DNA of 64,000 nucleotides from positions 192,001-256,000 of the forward strand of contig JBBQUR010000001.1 of the NCBI GenBank assembly GCA_038212275.1, given 5' to 3'. The position numbers and the translations under genes were made by a program. Below, piece by piece: positions 26,479 through 36,115 of this stretch. Numbering within the stretch: the stretch's first letter is position 1; every line of letters starts with the position of its first letter. Source of the DNA: Planctomycetota bacterium. Its GTDB lineage: Bacteria > Planctomycetota > B15-G4. The notes under the pieces are model-generated. The model did not search any database and was not told the origin of the DNA. It saw only the letters and a list, made by a program, of their open reading frames with translations.

Positions 26479-27036
26479 ATGTCCCCGTTCGAGATCCTGA
26501 CCCTTGCTGCACTCCTGATCGGCCTCGTGGCGCTGCTGCGCAGCGGATCGGGCGGTGCCAGAGTTGCTGCGCTGCAGACCCAGGTCGATGAGCTTAAGCG
26601 CACCGTGTCCACCCGCGAGGCGGACAACGGCGAACTCAAGGAGTCGCTGGACGGACTGCGCAAGCTGGTCGCGCTGCAGGTCGGCGGCAAGCCGGTGGAC
26701 GCGGAGATGGTCAAGGAGAATCGGCTCTTCCGCAACGCGAAGGTCGCCGAGCTGCAGGCTGCGATCGCCGCGGGCACGCCGCCGTGCGTGCTGGATGTCC
26801 GCACGCCGCAGGAGTTCGCAGGCGGCCACATCGAGGGCGCCATGCACATTCCCGTGGACGACATTTCCAAGCGCCTCAACGAAGTGCCGCGGGATGGTCG
26901 CAAGCTCTACGTGATCTGCGCGGGTGGCGGGCGCAGCGCGGCCGCAGCGACCTTCCTCAGCAACCGCGGCTACCTCAACATCCACAACGTCGAGGGCGGC
27001 ATGAGCAGCTGGCGCGACAAGGTGGTCAAGGCCTGA
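26479..27036 (+). CDS. Membrane-anchored rhodanese-domain protein
   Basis: TM plus coiled coil, then VLDVRTPQEFAGGHIEGA, VICAGGGRS, NVEGGMSSW. Confidence 0.92.
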   Translation: MSPFEILTLAALLIGLVALLRSGSGGARVAALQTQVDELKRTVSTREADNGELKESLDGLRKLVALQVGGKPVDAEMVKENRLFRNAKVAELQAAIAAGTPPCVLDVRTPQEFAGGHIEGAMHIPVDDISKRLNEVPRDGRKLYVICAGGGRSAAAATFLSNRGYLNIHNVEGGMSSWRDKVVKA

Positions 27037-27041
27037 GCGCC

Positions 27042-27917
27042 TTGCAGTCCGGCTCCGCACCGATCGCCGACGTGCGTGCGCTGCTCGCCGGGATCGGTGC
27101 GCGCCTGCCGCCCGAGCCGCTGCCCGGGCAGTCAGGCGGAGGCCATCGTCAACCGGAGAAAGTCGCCGCGGCGCCTCGAGCTCTGGCCGCGAGCGTGGAT
27201 CTCACGCTGCTGCGGCCGGAGGCTACCGCGCAGCAGATTCGCGCACTGTGCGATGCGGCGGCGGCACACGGGTGCTTCTCGGTGTGCGTGAATCCGATGT
27301 GGGTCGAACTCGCCGTCAGTTGCGCGGCCGGCCGGACGGCAGTGTGCAGCGTCGCCAGCTTTCCGCTGGGTGCGACGACGACGGCCGCCAAGCTCGCCGA
27401 GGCCTCGCTGGCAATCTCCGCCGGCGCTGCCGAGGTGGACATGGTGTCGGCCGTCGGCTGGCTCGTCGAGGGCCTGCCACGGGACGGCGGGCCGCCCGTC
27501 CCGGCGAGGCTGCTGGACTTCCAGGAGCAGGTCGCCAGGGTGATGCAGGCCGTGCGCGCGGCTGATGGCCCGGTTCCGGCGGAGCAGCGCGCGCTCAAGG
27601 TCATCCTCGAGACCTGCCTGCTCGACGATCGCCAGAAGGTCGCCGGTGCGCTGCTCGTGGCTGGCGCGCGTGCAAATTTCGTGAAGACATCGACGGGTTT
27701 TTCCACGGGCGGCGCCAGCGTGGCGGACGTGGCCTTGCTGCACGCGGCGCTCGGGGGATCCGCGCATGCGCACGGGTCCGCCAGCTCCGCGAGCAGCGCC
27801 CGCACCGCGATCAAGGCGTCGGGCGGCATCCGCGATGCTGCCGCTGCCCGGGCACTGCTCGAGGCGGGCGCGACGCGGCTCGGCTGCTCGTCGATCGCGG
27901 TGTTCGCGGCGCACTGA
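27042..27917 (+). CDS. deoC: Deoxyribose-phosphate aldolase (start uncertain, 27042 or 27072)
   Basis: VDLTLLRP, SVCVNP, SFPLG, GAAEVDMV, LKVILET, FVKTSTGF, IKASGGIR, GATRLGCS. Confidence 0.93.
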   Translation: MQSGSAPIADVRALLAGIGARLPPEPLPGQSGGGHRQPEKVAAAPRALAASVDLTLLRPEATAQQIRALCDAAAAHGCFSVCVNPMWVELAVSCAAGRTAVCSVASFPLGATTTAAKLAEASLAISAGAAEVDMVSAVGWLVEGLPRDGGPPVPARLLDFQEQVARVMQAVRAADGPVPAEQRALKVILETCLLDDRQKVAGALLVAGARANFVKTSTGFSTGGASVADVALLHAALGGSAHAHGSASSASSARTAIKASGGIRDAAAARALLEAGATRLGCSSIAVFAAH

Positions 27918-28197
27918 TCCCGGTCGGACGATTGCAATTTCCTGATCGGGTTAGAACTTCGTCGCTTCGTCGTCCTCACGGTGACGGTAGTCTCCACCTC
28001 ATTCCGGGCAGGATGGTGCGGGCTCCAGGCAGCTTCGGCGCGTCAAGCGTTTGCAGGAGGCGGGTGCATGCGGGGTGCGGTGTTGTCGGGCCGGTCGGCC
28101 GATTTCGGGACAATGAGCGCACATTCGTACGGTGCGGGCGGCAGGGGCAGCATGCGCTCCTGCGCGCCGCATCACCCGGGCCTGCGGGGCGCCTGAG

Positions 28198-29361
28198 ATG
28201 GTGCCCGTCCACGGGAGGCTGAGCGAGCAGCAGCTTTACAGCGTGCTCGCGAATGCGCCGCATCCGGTCTGGGTGAAGGACCTGGAGGGCCGTTACACCC
28301 TCGTGAACCGCGCCTTCGAGCTGGCCTTCGGGGTGCGCGAACCCGATGTGCTCGGGCGTACGGCGGACGAGATCCTGCCGGTGTCGATGGCGTCGCGAGC
28401 GCGCGACCAGGACGCGGCCGTACTGGCCACCTGTTCGAGCACTGTGTCCGAGGAGAGTACCGAGCTGGACGGCGTCGGCATCGAGGCCGTCATCGTGCGC
28501 TTTCCGATCTTCGACGAGCAGGGCGCCGTCGTCGCAGTGGGCGGGATCGCCACCGACGTCACGCGGCAGGCGCGCGCGCATCGCCAGCTCCACGAAATGC
28601 ACAGCCAGCTGCAGCAGAACCAGCGCCTGCAGTCCCTGGGTGCTCTGGCCAACGGCATCGTGCACGACTTCAACAACATCCTGCTGGCGATCTCGGGCTA
28701 CACGGAGCTGGCTCGCCGGAGCCTGCCCGCGGATCACGATGCGCAGGCGATGCTCGCGGAGGCGCTCGGAGCCGCCGGCCGCGCTCGCGAGTTGATCACG
28801 CGGCTGGCAGACTTCGGCCGGCAGGATCAGCCGCAGCGCGTTCCCCTGCCGCTGCATGACATCGTCGACGAGGCGCTGCGTCTGCTGTCGGTCACAGCCT
28901 CATCGCACGTGGCCATCCGCGGGCCGCGCCGGGTGTCGTCGTTGCAGGCCGTGCCCGCGGTGCTCGGCGACTCGACGCAACTGCTGCAGGTCGTCATGAA
29001 CCTCTGCGTGAACGCCCTGCACGCGATGCCCGACGGCGGCACGCTCGACGTGCGGATCGACGAGCGCGATGCGCCGGCCGATCATGGCATGACGCTGCAG
29101 GCCTCGTCCTGCGTGGTGCTGACGGTCTCGGACACGGGGGTCGGCATGGACGAGCGCGTGCTGGCGCATATCTTCGATCCGCACTTCACGACGAAGCCGC
29201 GCGGACAGGGCAGCGGACTCGGTCTCGCCGTCGTGCGCGGCATTGTCGAGGCCCACGCCGGCGAGATCCGCGTCGAGAGCACTCCGGGACGCGGCACGCG
29301 TTTCGAGGTGTGGCTTCCGGCGGAACCCGTCTATTCCGCCGCGAGCGACGGCGTGCACTGA
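28198..29361 (+). CDS. Cytoplasmic PAS-domain histidine kinase (orphan)
   Basis: PAS (WVKDLEGRYTLVN), GIVHDFNNIL H-box, NLCVNA, DTGVGM, FTTK, GSGLGL. Confidence 0.92.
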   Translation: MVPVHGRLSEQQLYSVLANAPHPVWVKDLEGRYTLVNRAFELAFGVREPDVLGRTADEILPVSMASRARDQDAAVLATCSSTVSEESTELDGVGIEAVIVRFPIFDEQGAVVAVGGIATDVTRQARAHRQLHEMHSQLQQNQRLQSLGALANGIVHDFNNILLAISGYTELARRSLPADHDAQAMLAEALGAAGRARELITRLADFGRQDQPQRVPLPLHDIVDEALRLLSVTASSHVAIRGPRRVSSLQAVPAVLGDSTQLLQVVMNLCVNALHAMPDGGTLDVRIDERDAPADHGMTLQASSCVVLTVSDTGVGMDERVLAHIFDPHFTTKPRGQGSGLGLAVVRGIVEAHAGEIRVESTPGRGTRFEVWLPAEPVYSAASDGVH

Positions 29362-29389
29362 GCCGGAGTTCGGCGCGCGGCGCCGCGGT

Positions 29390-31312
29390 TCACTCCACGA
29401 CGAAGCCCAGCAGCGACGTCAGGTCGCAGCGATTGCCCTGCGGTACGCCGATGGTCTGCATGTAGATCGTGAGGCCGAGCACCCCGGGCAGCGCGCCCGG
29501 CGCCGGCATGGGGAGGTTCAACACCATCTCGCCGTTGCTCGCGAACGCGGCCGGGAACAGGTCGATCTGGTCGATGAGCCACCACGGCCCGAACTTGGTG
29601 TCCAGCGGCTGCTGCGGCGCGAAGGGCGGCTGGCCAATGGCGAACGGCGTTGCGAAGGTGAGATTCGCGACTCCCGGAGTGCCGTGGGATCGCAGCTTGA
29701 GCATGCCGCCTTCCGCCACCGGTCCCAGCGCCTGGATGAAGTGGCATCCGCCGTAGAGGACGACGGTCTCGCCCGCTTCGGCGCCCGCCGTCGGGTCGCC
29801 GCCCGGAGCGCCGATGAGCATGTCCGCGAAGCCGTCGTTGTTGAGGTCGCCGGCAAAGGCCACCGCGTAGCCAGCCGTGTCCGAACTGGTCGCGCCGTAC
29901 AGGACCGTGCCACGTGCGTTGATGGCAGACAGCGCAAACGGAGTGGGCAGCGAAGGGCCTCCCTCGATCAGGTAGACCTCGCCGGAGGCGTTGAGGCCGT
30001 TGGCGTCGCCGTTCGACGCGCCGATGAGCAGGTCTGCGTAGCCGTCGCCGTTCATGTCGCCGCCGGCGGCGACCGCAGTGCCCGAGCGGTCTCCGGGCGG
30101 GCCATTGGTGGCGTCGCCGTCGATGCCCGTGAACAGCACGCCCGCGACGCTGGTGCCGACGTTTGCCGCCTCGATCGTGCCCGGAAAGCTGGTGCTGCCG
30201 TAGATCAGGTAGGAGCGGCCCGCATTGACACCCGTCCCCACGGCCGGGTCGCCCAGCGGGGCGCCTACGAGGATGTCGTCGAGGTCGTCGCCATTCACGT
30301 CGCCGGCTCCTTCGAGCTTCGCGCCGAAGGTGTCACCGCCGCTCTGGCCGTTGATGGTCACGCCTGCCGCGCCCAGCGAGGCGAGCGCAATCGTTGCCGG
30401 CAGCGTGGTGCTGCCGTAGACGATCCAGGCTCGTCCGGCGTCCGTCTTGCCGGGCAGGTCGGAGACCGGGGCGCCGATGAGCAGGTCGGGAATGAGGTCG
30501 CCGTTCACGTCGCCCGCCGCGCCCACCGCATCGCCTGACATCTCGCTCGTCGCGGTGCCGCGGATGATCACGCCGCCGGCGCCGAGAGCTGACAGTTCGA
30601 TGGTGGCCGGCAGCGACGCGCCTCCGTAGATCAGGTACGTCGCGCCCGCGAAGTTCATCGCGCCGTTCTCCGCGCCCCGCGCGCCGATGAGCATGTCGTC
30701 GAAGCCGTCGTCATTGATGTCGCCGGGCGAGGCCAGCGAGGTGCCTGCCTGGTCGGACGAATTTGCGCCGTTGATCACGACGCCGCCGGTGAACGTGGAG
30801 AGGTTGTAGGTGCCGGTCAGCGAGGCGCTGCCATAGACGAGGTAGACGCGACCGGAGCCGGTGTTGCCATTGGTCTTCGCGTTCGGCGCACCGATGAGGA
30901 AGTCGTCGAAGCCGTCGTTGTTGACGTCGCCCGCCGCGGAGACCGCGAAGCCCGTCTGCCAGCCGACGAGGCCGATGTCTTCTCCCACGAAGGTCGCGCC
31001 GCCGGAGGACAGGTTGTGCACGCCCGTGGTTCCGAGCCCGCCGTAGACGAGGTAGACGCGGCCCACGCTGTCGGCGTTCACCGTGTCCCACTCGAAGGCG
31101 CCGACCAGAAAGTCGTCGAATCCGTCGTTGTTCACGTCACCTGCGCGAGCGACGGCGGAACCGCTGCGGCTGTTGACCGCCTCGCCGCCCCAGGTCGCGC
31201 CGGAGAGGCGCAGCCACGCGAGCTCCAGGGGCTTGTTCTGCGTGGATGCCGGCTGGGCGATGAAGCCGAGCGCTGCGAGGCTGAAGGACACGATGAAGAG
31301 GCGCGGGCGCAT
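29390..31312 (-). CDS. Secreted FG-GAP (integrin-alpha-like) repeat protein
   Basis: Signal peptide; seven repeats of the type AGDVNxDGxxDxLIGAP...GxxYLIYG; C-terminal beta domain. Confidence 0.92.
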   Translation of the reverse strand: MRPRLFIVSFSLAALGFIAQPASTQNKPLELAWLRLSGATWGGEAVNSRSGSAVARAGDVNNDGFDDFLVGAFEWDTVNADSVGRVYLVYGGLGTTGVHNLSSGGATFVGEDIGLVGWQTGFAVSAAGDVNNDGFDDFLIGAPNAKTNGNTGSGRVYLVYGSASLTGTYNLSTFTGGVVINGANSSDQAGTSLASPGDINDDGFDDMLIGARGAENGAMNFAGATYLIYGGASLPATIELSALGAGGVIIRGTATSEMSGDAVGAAGDVNGDLIPDLLIGAPVSDLPGKTDAGRAWIVYGSTTLPATIALASLGAAGVTINGQSGGDTFGAKLEGAGDVNGDDLDDILVGAPLGDPAVGTGVNAGRSYLIYGSTSFPGTIEAANVGTSVAGVLFTGIDGDATNGPPGDRSGTAVAAGGDMNGDGYADLLIGASNGDANGLNASGEVYLIEGGPSLPTPFALSAINARGTVLYGATSSDTAGYAVAFAGDLNNDGFADMLIGAPGGDPTAGAEAGETVVLYGGCHFIQALGPVAEGGMLKLRSHGTPGVANLTFATPFAIGQPPFAPQQPLDTKFGPWWLIDQIDLFPAAFASNGEMVLNLPMPAPGALPGVLGLTIYMQTIGVPQGNRCDLTSLLGFVVE

Positions 31313-31523
31313 TCAAATCTCCTGCAAGTCGGGACAGTTGGCGGCGGAAGGGACATTCCCCGGCCGCGATGAGCTGCGGTCGCGCCGGCGATGCCCATCG
31401 AGGGGGCTGCACGTCAGCCTCTTCCCCCGTGCAACGGTCAGCTCTGCCGAACCCTCGCGGCCCTGCCGTGCCTGGCAGCCGTCGGGTGCACAAGCTGCGC
31501 TGCGCGCGGGCTCGATTCAATTG

Positions 31524-31555
31524 CTGTCCACAGCTTGTTCACAGATTGTGGAAAC
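31524..31555. promoter_or_regulatory. Cluster of three DnaA-box-like 9-mers
   Basis: CTGTCCACA (31524), TTGTTCACA (31535) and inverted TGTGGAAAC (31547) in a locally AT-richer intergenic region. Confidence 0.55.
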
Positions 31556-31798
31556 ATCCCGATGGGCCGATATGACTTCGTCGGAGCCAATGAATCGACG
31601 TTGCAGGGGACTGGCCGCGCCATGTTTGCACACGTGAGCAGGAGCAACGACGGCCGGGCCGGCGGCGAGTGCGCGCCCGTCCACGGCGCATCAGAAATTG
31701 GGCCGGCCGCAGGCCAGCCCGCGCGTGAAGCGGACCGTGCTGTCTCCTAACATGCGGCGCGCGGTGCGTTCGTCGCCGCCACAGTGGCGGAGGTGACG

Positions 31799-32365
31799 AT
31801 GCGGCATGGCGTCCTGCGTGTATCAGCCGGGCTTCTGCTCGGGTGTTGTCTGGCGGCCTGCGCCAGCGAGGAACTGGCGCCGAAGCGGACGGTGCAGCCG
31901 ATGGTGCCCGCCGGCATCGATGGCCTGCCAAAGGCCGTCCTCGTAGGCGATGACGTGGTGCTCGCCGACCAGCCCAGCCCCGCCCAGCTCTCGAACCTGA
32001 AGCTTGCGGGCTTCGGCACGGTGATCAACCTGCGGCCCAACAGCGAAATGACCATGCCCGAAGACCTGATCGTGCGCGCCAGCGGCCTCAACTACGTGAG
32101 CATCCCGATCAGTCCGGCCACGATGGGGCAGGCGGAAATCAATCGCTTCCTCGACGAGGTGCGCGGCGCGGAGTCGCGCAAGGAGAAGATCTTCGTGCAC
32201 TGCAGTTCCGGCAATCGATCCGCCGCGATGTGGGCCATCTACGAGATCACCGACCTGCAGGTGCCGGCCGAGGAGGCTGTCAGGCGGGCGCGTCAGGCCG
32301 GGCTCACGAGTCCAGAACTGATCGGCTTCATCGGGCAGCATGCGCGCAACATCGGCGTGTACTGA
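31799..32365 (+). CDS. Lipoprotein with PTP-like/TIGR01244-type (Blh) Cys-x5-Arg domain
   Basis: RBS GGAGGTG; lipobox LAAC; QPSPAQL, GFGTVINLRPNSE, VHCSSGNRS. Confidence 0.85.
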   Translation: MRHGVLRVSAGLLLGCCLAACASEELAPKRTVQPMVPAGIDGLPKAVLVGDDVVLADQPSPAQLSNLKLAGFGTVINLRPNSEMTMPEDLIVRASGLNYVSIPISPATMGQAEINRFLDEVRGAESRKEKIFVHCSSGNRSAAMWAIYEITDLQVPAEEAVRRARQAGLTSPELIGFIGQHARNIGVY

Positions 32366-32443
32366 GCGGCGCACGGACGGCGCCTTGCTGTGCCGCCGAG
32401 GCACCGTGCTTCGCCGCCGACGAGAGGCTCCGACAGGTCACCA

Positions 32444-33106
32444 ATGACCTCGCACCGGGTTCGAGAGCTGTCGCTGCAGTCGCCCGCAGGCGCCTTGCGT
32501 GCGCTGCACGACTCTCCGAGCGTGGAGTGGTCCGGGAGCGGACCGCGTACGGCGCTGGTCTGCCACCCGCACCCGCTGTACGGCGGAACCATGGACAACA
32601 AGGTGGTCCACAGCGTCGCCAGGGAGCTGCGCGAGCACGGCGTGCATGTGCTGCGCTTCAACTTCCGCGGTGCGGGCGGCAGCGAAGGCCTGCATGACCA
32701 GGGACGCGGCGAGGTGGACGATGCCCGCGCCGCCCTCGACGTGGCCGCCGGCCTCGCGGGCGATGCGCGCGTCGCGCCCGGCAGCGTGCTGGTGGCGGGC
32801 TTTTCCTTCGGTTCCTACGTCGGATTGACCGCGGCGCTGAACGACCCGCGTGTCGGGGAGCTGCTCGCCATCGCGCCGCCGGTGAACCACTACGACTTTT
32901 CGGAGATCGCGGCCCGGGCGCGGCGGCTCACGGTGGTCTACTCGGACGCCGACGAACTCGTTCCCGCGCCGCAGGTCGAGGCCTTCCTCGCCACCTGCGC
33001 GCACCCGCCGCGCGTCGTTCGCGTGCAAGGCAGCGGCCACCTTTTCCACGGGCACCTCGGCGACATCCGCCGGGCGGTCGCTGCGCTGCTCGAGAGCCTG
33101 GACTGA
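32444..33106 (+). CDS. Alpha/beta hydrolase
   Basis: CHPHPLYGGTMDNKVV, LRFNFRGAGGSEG, AGFSFG nucleophile elbow, DELVP, GHLF. Confidence 0.93.
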   Translation: MTSHRVRELSLQSPAGALRALHDSPSVEWSGSGPRTALVCHPHPLYGGTMDNKVVHSVARELREHGVHVLRFNFRGAGGSEGLHDQGRGEVDDARAALDVAAGLAGDARVAPGSVLVAGFSFGSYVGLTAALNDPRVGELLAIAPPVNHYDFSEIAARARRLTVVYSDADELVPAPQVEAFLATCAHPPRVVRVQGSGHLFHGHLGDIRRAVAALLESLD

Positions 33107-33195
33107 GTCCGGACTGAGCCCGGCGCCAGGAGACGGCGGAATCCCCGGCACAACGGAGCGCGGAACTCGGCGTGTCGGGCTGCTAGACTCCGGCC

Positions 33196-33714
33196 ATGCT
33201 TTTTGACCGCTGGCGTGCACAAAGGGCCATTGCGACCCGCTCCGCTCCCTCCGTCGTGAACGAACCGGCCGCGCCGGAGTTGTTCGAGGCGGTGGAGTCG
33301 ATGAAGGTCGCGGTGAGCTGCCTCGACTCCCTGGGCGACCCGAACTGGCACTACCGCTGGGAGGGGGACGTGCAACTCGTGGGGCTCGACGCCACGACGC
33401 GCTCCGTGACGGACGTGCGCCAGCGCCTGCTCAGGCTGGTCCACGAATGCGACCTGCGTCACATGCCGCGCGGACGCCGGCGCGTGCTGGCCGTCGTGCG
33501 CTGCGAGCCGCACGAGGACGAGGACCTCGCCGGCTGGGCTCTGCGCCTTGACCACGACGAAGGCGAGGTCGGCGCGTCCGACTGGCGCGCCGCGCGGCGC
33601 CGCATCGCCGTGCTGGCGATCGACGGCAGCGGCGCACACCTCCTCACCGGCGGCGACCGTCCCATCCGGGAGGCCGTGGCGACGTGGGCCGCCACGCGCG
33701 TCCGCACCGGCTGA
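33196..33714 (+). CDS. Hypothetical protein
   Basis: Host-like codon usage; first gene of an apparent four-gene operon; no recognised motif. Confidence 0.65.
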   Translation: MLFDRWRAQRAIATRSAPSVVNEPAAPELFEAVESMKVAVSCLDSLGDPNWHYRWEGDVQLVGLDATTRSVTDVRQRLLRLVHECDLRHMPRGRRRVLAVVRCEPHEDEDLAGWALRLDHDEGEVGASDWRAARRRIAVLAIDGSGAHLLTGGDRPIREAVATWAATRVRTG

Positions 33715-33716
33715 CG

Positions 33717-34766
33717 GTGTCCCGCGCGCGCGGCAGCGACGACCCCGCGCTCGACCTGTCCGACCTGCGCCACGTGCGCGCCCTGTTCTTCGACCTGCTC
33801 GGACGCAGTCCCGACTCCGACGAGCTGGAGCTGGCGCACGAAGCGAGCGCCGACTCGCTGCTGCGCCATCTCTGTGGCCTGCGCGAGTTCTGGGAACACT
33901 GGTACGAGGACGAGCTCTACTACTTCCTGCTCATCGACAACGCGCGGCCGGCGCAGGACAGCGGCGAGGACAGCCTTCCCGCGCGGCTGCAGCGCGGCGA
34001 GCTGGGCGCTCTGGCCGCCGTGCAGAACATCGTGTCGAGTTCCGCCTTTCATCGCGCCAACCCGGGCAACGACACCTTCGTCAGCGTCGTGCTCGAGCAG
34101 CTCCTCGGCATCAACGTGCAGCAGGACACCGCGTTGCTGCAGGCCGGCAAGAAGATGTACGACGGCCAGCCGTCGGCGCTCTTCGGGGAGCGCGGCGCGA
34201 GCCAGGCGGATGTCGTCGCGATCGCGTGTCGGCAGCCCGGTTTCGCGAAGCTCTTCACCGAGAGGCAGTATCGCAGGCTCGTCGGTGTCGAACCGGAGCG
34301 GCGCGCCAGCGAGGCCTGGGTCGCGGCACTGGCCGCGCAACCGACGGGCTTTCCGGAGCTGGTGCGCAGCTGGCTGTCGTCGCCCGCCTACGCGCACCGG
34401 CTGGAAACGCTGCGCGCGAAGTCCGATCTGCAATTCATCCGCGGCCTCTACGTGGACCTGCGCGGGACGCCGCCGGCACCGGCGGAGCTGCAGCGACTGC
34501 GCGGCGCGCTCTCGGTGCTTGCCGACACGGCCCCGCTGCGCTCGGTCATCGCACGCACGTTGCTCGACGGGGCCGACCTCGACCTGCCGAAGCGCGGCGA
34601 GGTGGATCCGGACGAGTTCGTGACGGCCAGCTTCCGCCGCTTCCTCGGCCGGAGACCGTCGCCGGAGGAGCTGCAGGACTTCGTGACCGTCTATGCGCAG
34701 GAAAGTTGTCTGCCTTCCACGCTCATCGCGGCCATCGTCACGCACCCGGAATACCAGTACTATTGA
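33717..34766 (+). CDS. DUF1549/DUF1553-like helical repeat protein
   Basis: Recurrent RxLxxDLxGxxPxxxEL-type motif (four copies); C-terminus IVTHPEYQYY. Confidence 0.6.
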   Translation: MSRARGSDDPALDLSDLRHVRALFFDLLGRSPDSDELELAHEASADSLLRHLCGLREFWEHWYEDELYYFLLIDNARPAQDSGEDSLPARLQRGELGALAAVQNIVSSSAFHRANPGNDTFVSVVLEQLLGINVQQDTALLQAGKKMYDGQPSALFGERGASQADVVAIACRQPGFAKLFTERQYRRLVGVEPERRASEAWVAALAAQPTGFPELVRSWLSSPAYAHRLETLRAKSDLQFIRGLYVDLRGTPPAPAELQRLRGALSVLADTAPLRSVIARTLLDGADLDLPKRGEVDPDEFVTASFRRFLGRRPSPEELQDFVTVYAQESCLPSTLIAAIVTHPEYQYY

Positions 34767-34863
34767 GGTGCGCACGCAGCCTGCCCGACGCGAGCGCGCC
34801 CTGCGCGGCGGCTCGGCCGGACGGCAGCAGCGCTGCGCCGTCGTCGCCGACAAGGAGATCGTG

Positions 34864-36114
34864 ATGAGCACTTCACGCAACGACAGCCGCGGCAGGATCC
34901 TGCCTGGCCTGGCACCGTCGACCGGCCCGCGGGCGGGCGGGTTGAGCCGGCGCGACGTGCTGAGGAGCGGGGTGATCCTCGCGGCCCTCGCCTCGCTGTC
35001 GGGCCGCGCGCGCGCCGAGTTGCTGGCGACGCTGCTGCCGTCACCCGCGCCGGGCTTCCTTGCGGGGGCGCCACGGACCCGGCGCGTGGTGCTCGTGGTG
35101 TTCGGCGGCGGCGTGCGCAGCCGCGAGACGCTGCTGTCCGACAACACGCCCAATCTGCGGCGCATCGCCGAGCAGGGCGTGACGTATCCGCTCACGCGCG
35201 TCGAGAACAACGGTCACTACGCGGCCGCACTCTCCATTTTCACCGGCGCCACCGAGAACTTCGGCATCCGCGAGAACGACCGCTCGCCGCACCCGACGCT
35301 TTTCGAGTATCTGCGCAAGGGGGGCGGGCTCTCGGCCGCGGACGTGTGGCTGTCCACCTCCGGAAGCGAGCAGGAGACCAACTATTCCTACGGCACCGAC
35401 CCGCGCTACGGCGCGGCGTACGGAGCCAACCTCATCGGCGGCGAAGGCATTTTCAATGCGGAGTTCCGCGAGCTGCTCGGCGCCTCGCGCGCACCGCCCG
35501 ACGCCGAGCGCGAGAGTCAGTTGCGCCGGCTGCGCGCGGCCGTGCGGACGCCCTTTCCGACGGAGGGCAAGGGCGGCGTCGGCAACGATCCGGAAGCCGC
35601 GGCCCGCATCGAGGCCTACATCCTCGAGGAGCTGCGCGGCGGCACTGCCGCCATCACCGGGCTGGGCAGCAACGATGCCAAGGCGCTCCGCGTCGCGCGC
35701 AATCTGCTCTCCATCTTCAAGCCACGGCTGCTCGCGGTCACGCTGCGCAACGCGGATGTCGCGCACGGTTCCTTCAACGACTACGTGAACGTCATCAAGC
35801 GCAACGACACGGAACTCGGCGCGCTCTACGACGCGATCCGTGCCGACCCGGAGCTTGCGTCGAGCACCGCGCTATTCGTGCTGCCCGAGTTCGGCCGCGA
35901 CCGCGACCTGAATGCGCGCCGGGGGCTCGACCACGGTGACGACAGCTCGGAGCTGCACCAGGTCTCGCTCGTGGCCTGGGGCCCGGACTTCCGCCAGGGC
36001 AAGGTGGTGAATCAGGAAACCCGCTCGCTGGACGTGTGCCCGACCATCGCCTCGCTCTTCGGGGTCCAGGCGAGCGGCGCGCGCGGAAGCCTGCTGCCCG
36101 GGCTCATGGCCTGA
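34864..36114 (+). CDS. Tat-exported DUF1501/AlkP-superfamily-like protein
   Basis: RBS AAGGAG; LSRRDVLR twin-arginine signal; VVLVVFGGGVR, DVAH, VLPEFGRD, LDHG, DVCPTIASLFG. Confidence 0.75.
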   Translation: MSTSRNDSRGRILPGLAPSTGPRAGGLSRRDVLRSGVILAALASLSGRARAELLATLLPSPAPGFLAGAPRTRRVVLVVFGGGVRSRETLLSDNTPNLRRIAEQGVTYPLTRVENNGHYAAALSIFTGATENFGIRENDRSPHPTLFEYLRKGGGLSAADVWLSTSGSEQETNYSYGTDPRYGAAYGANLIGGEGIFNAEFRELLGASRAPPDAERESQLRRLRAAVRTPFPTEGKGGVGNDPEAAARIEAYILEELRGGTAAITGLGSNDAKALRVARNLLSIFKPRLLAVTLRNADVAHGSFNDYVNVIKRNDTELGALYDAIRADPELASSTALFVLPEFGRDRDLNARRGLDHGDDSSELHQVSLVAWGPDFRQGKVVNQETRSLDVCPTIASLFGVQASGARGSLLPGLMA

Positions 36115-36115
36115 C

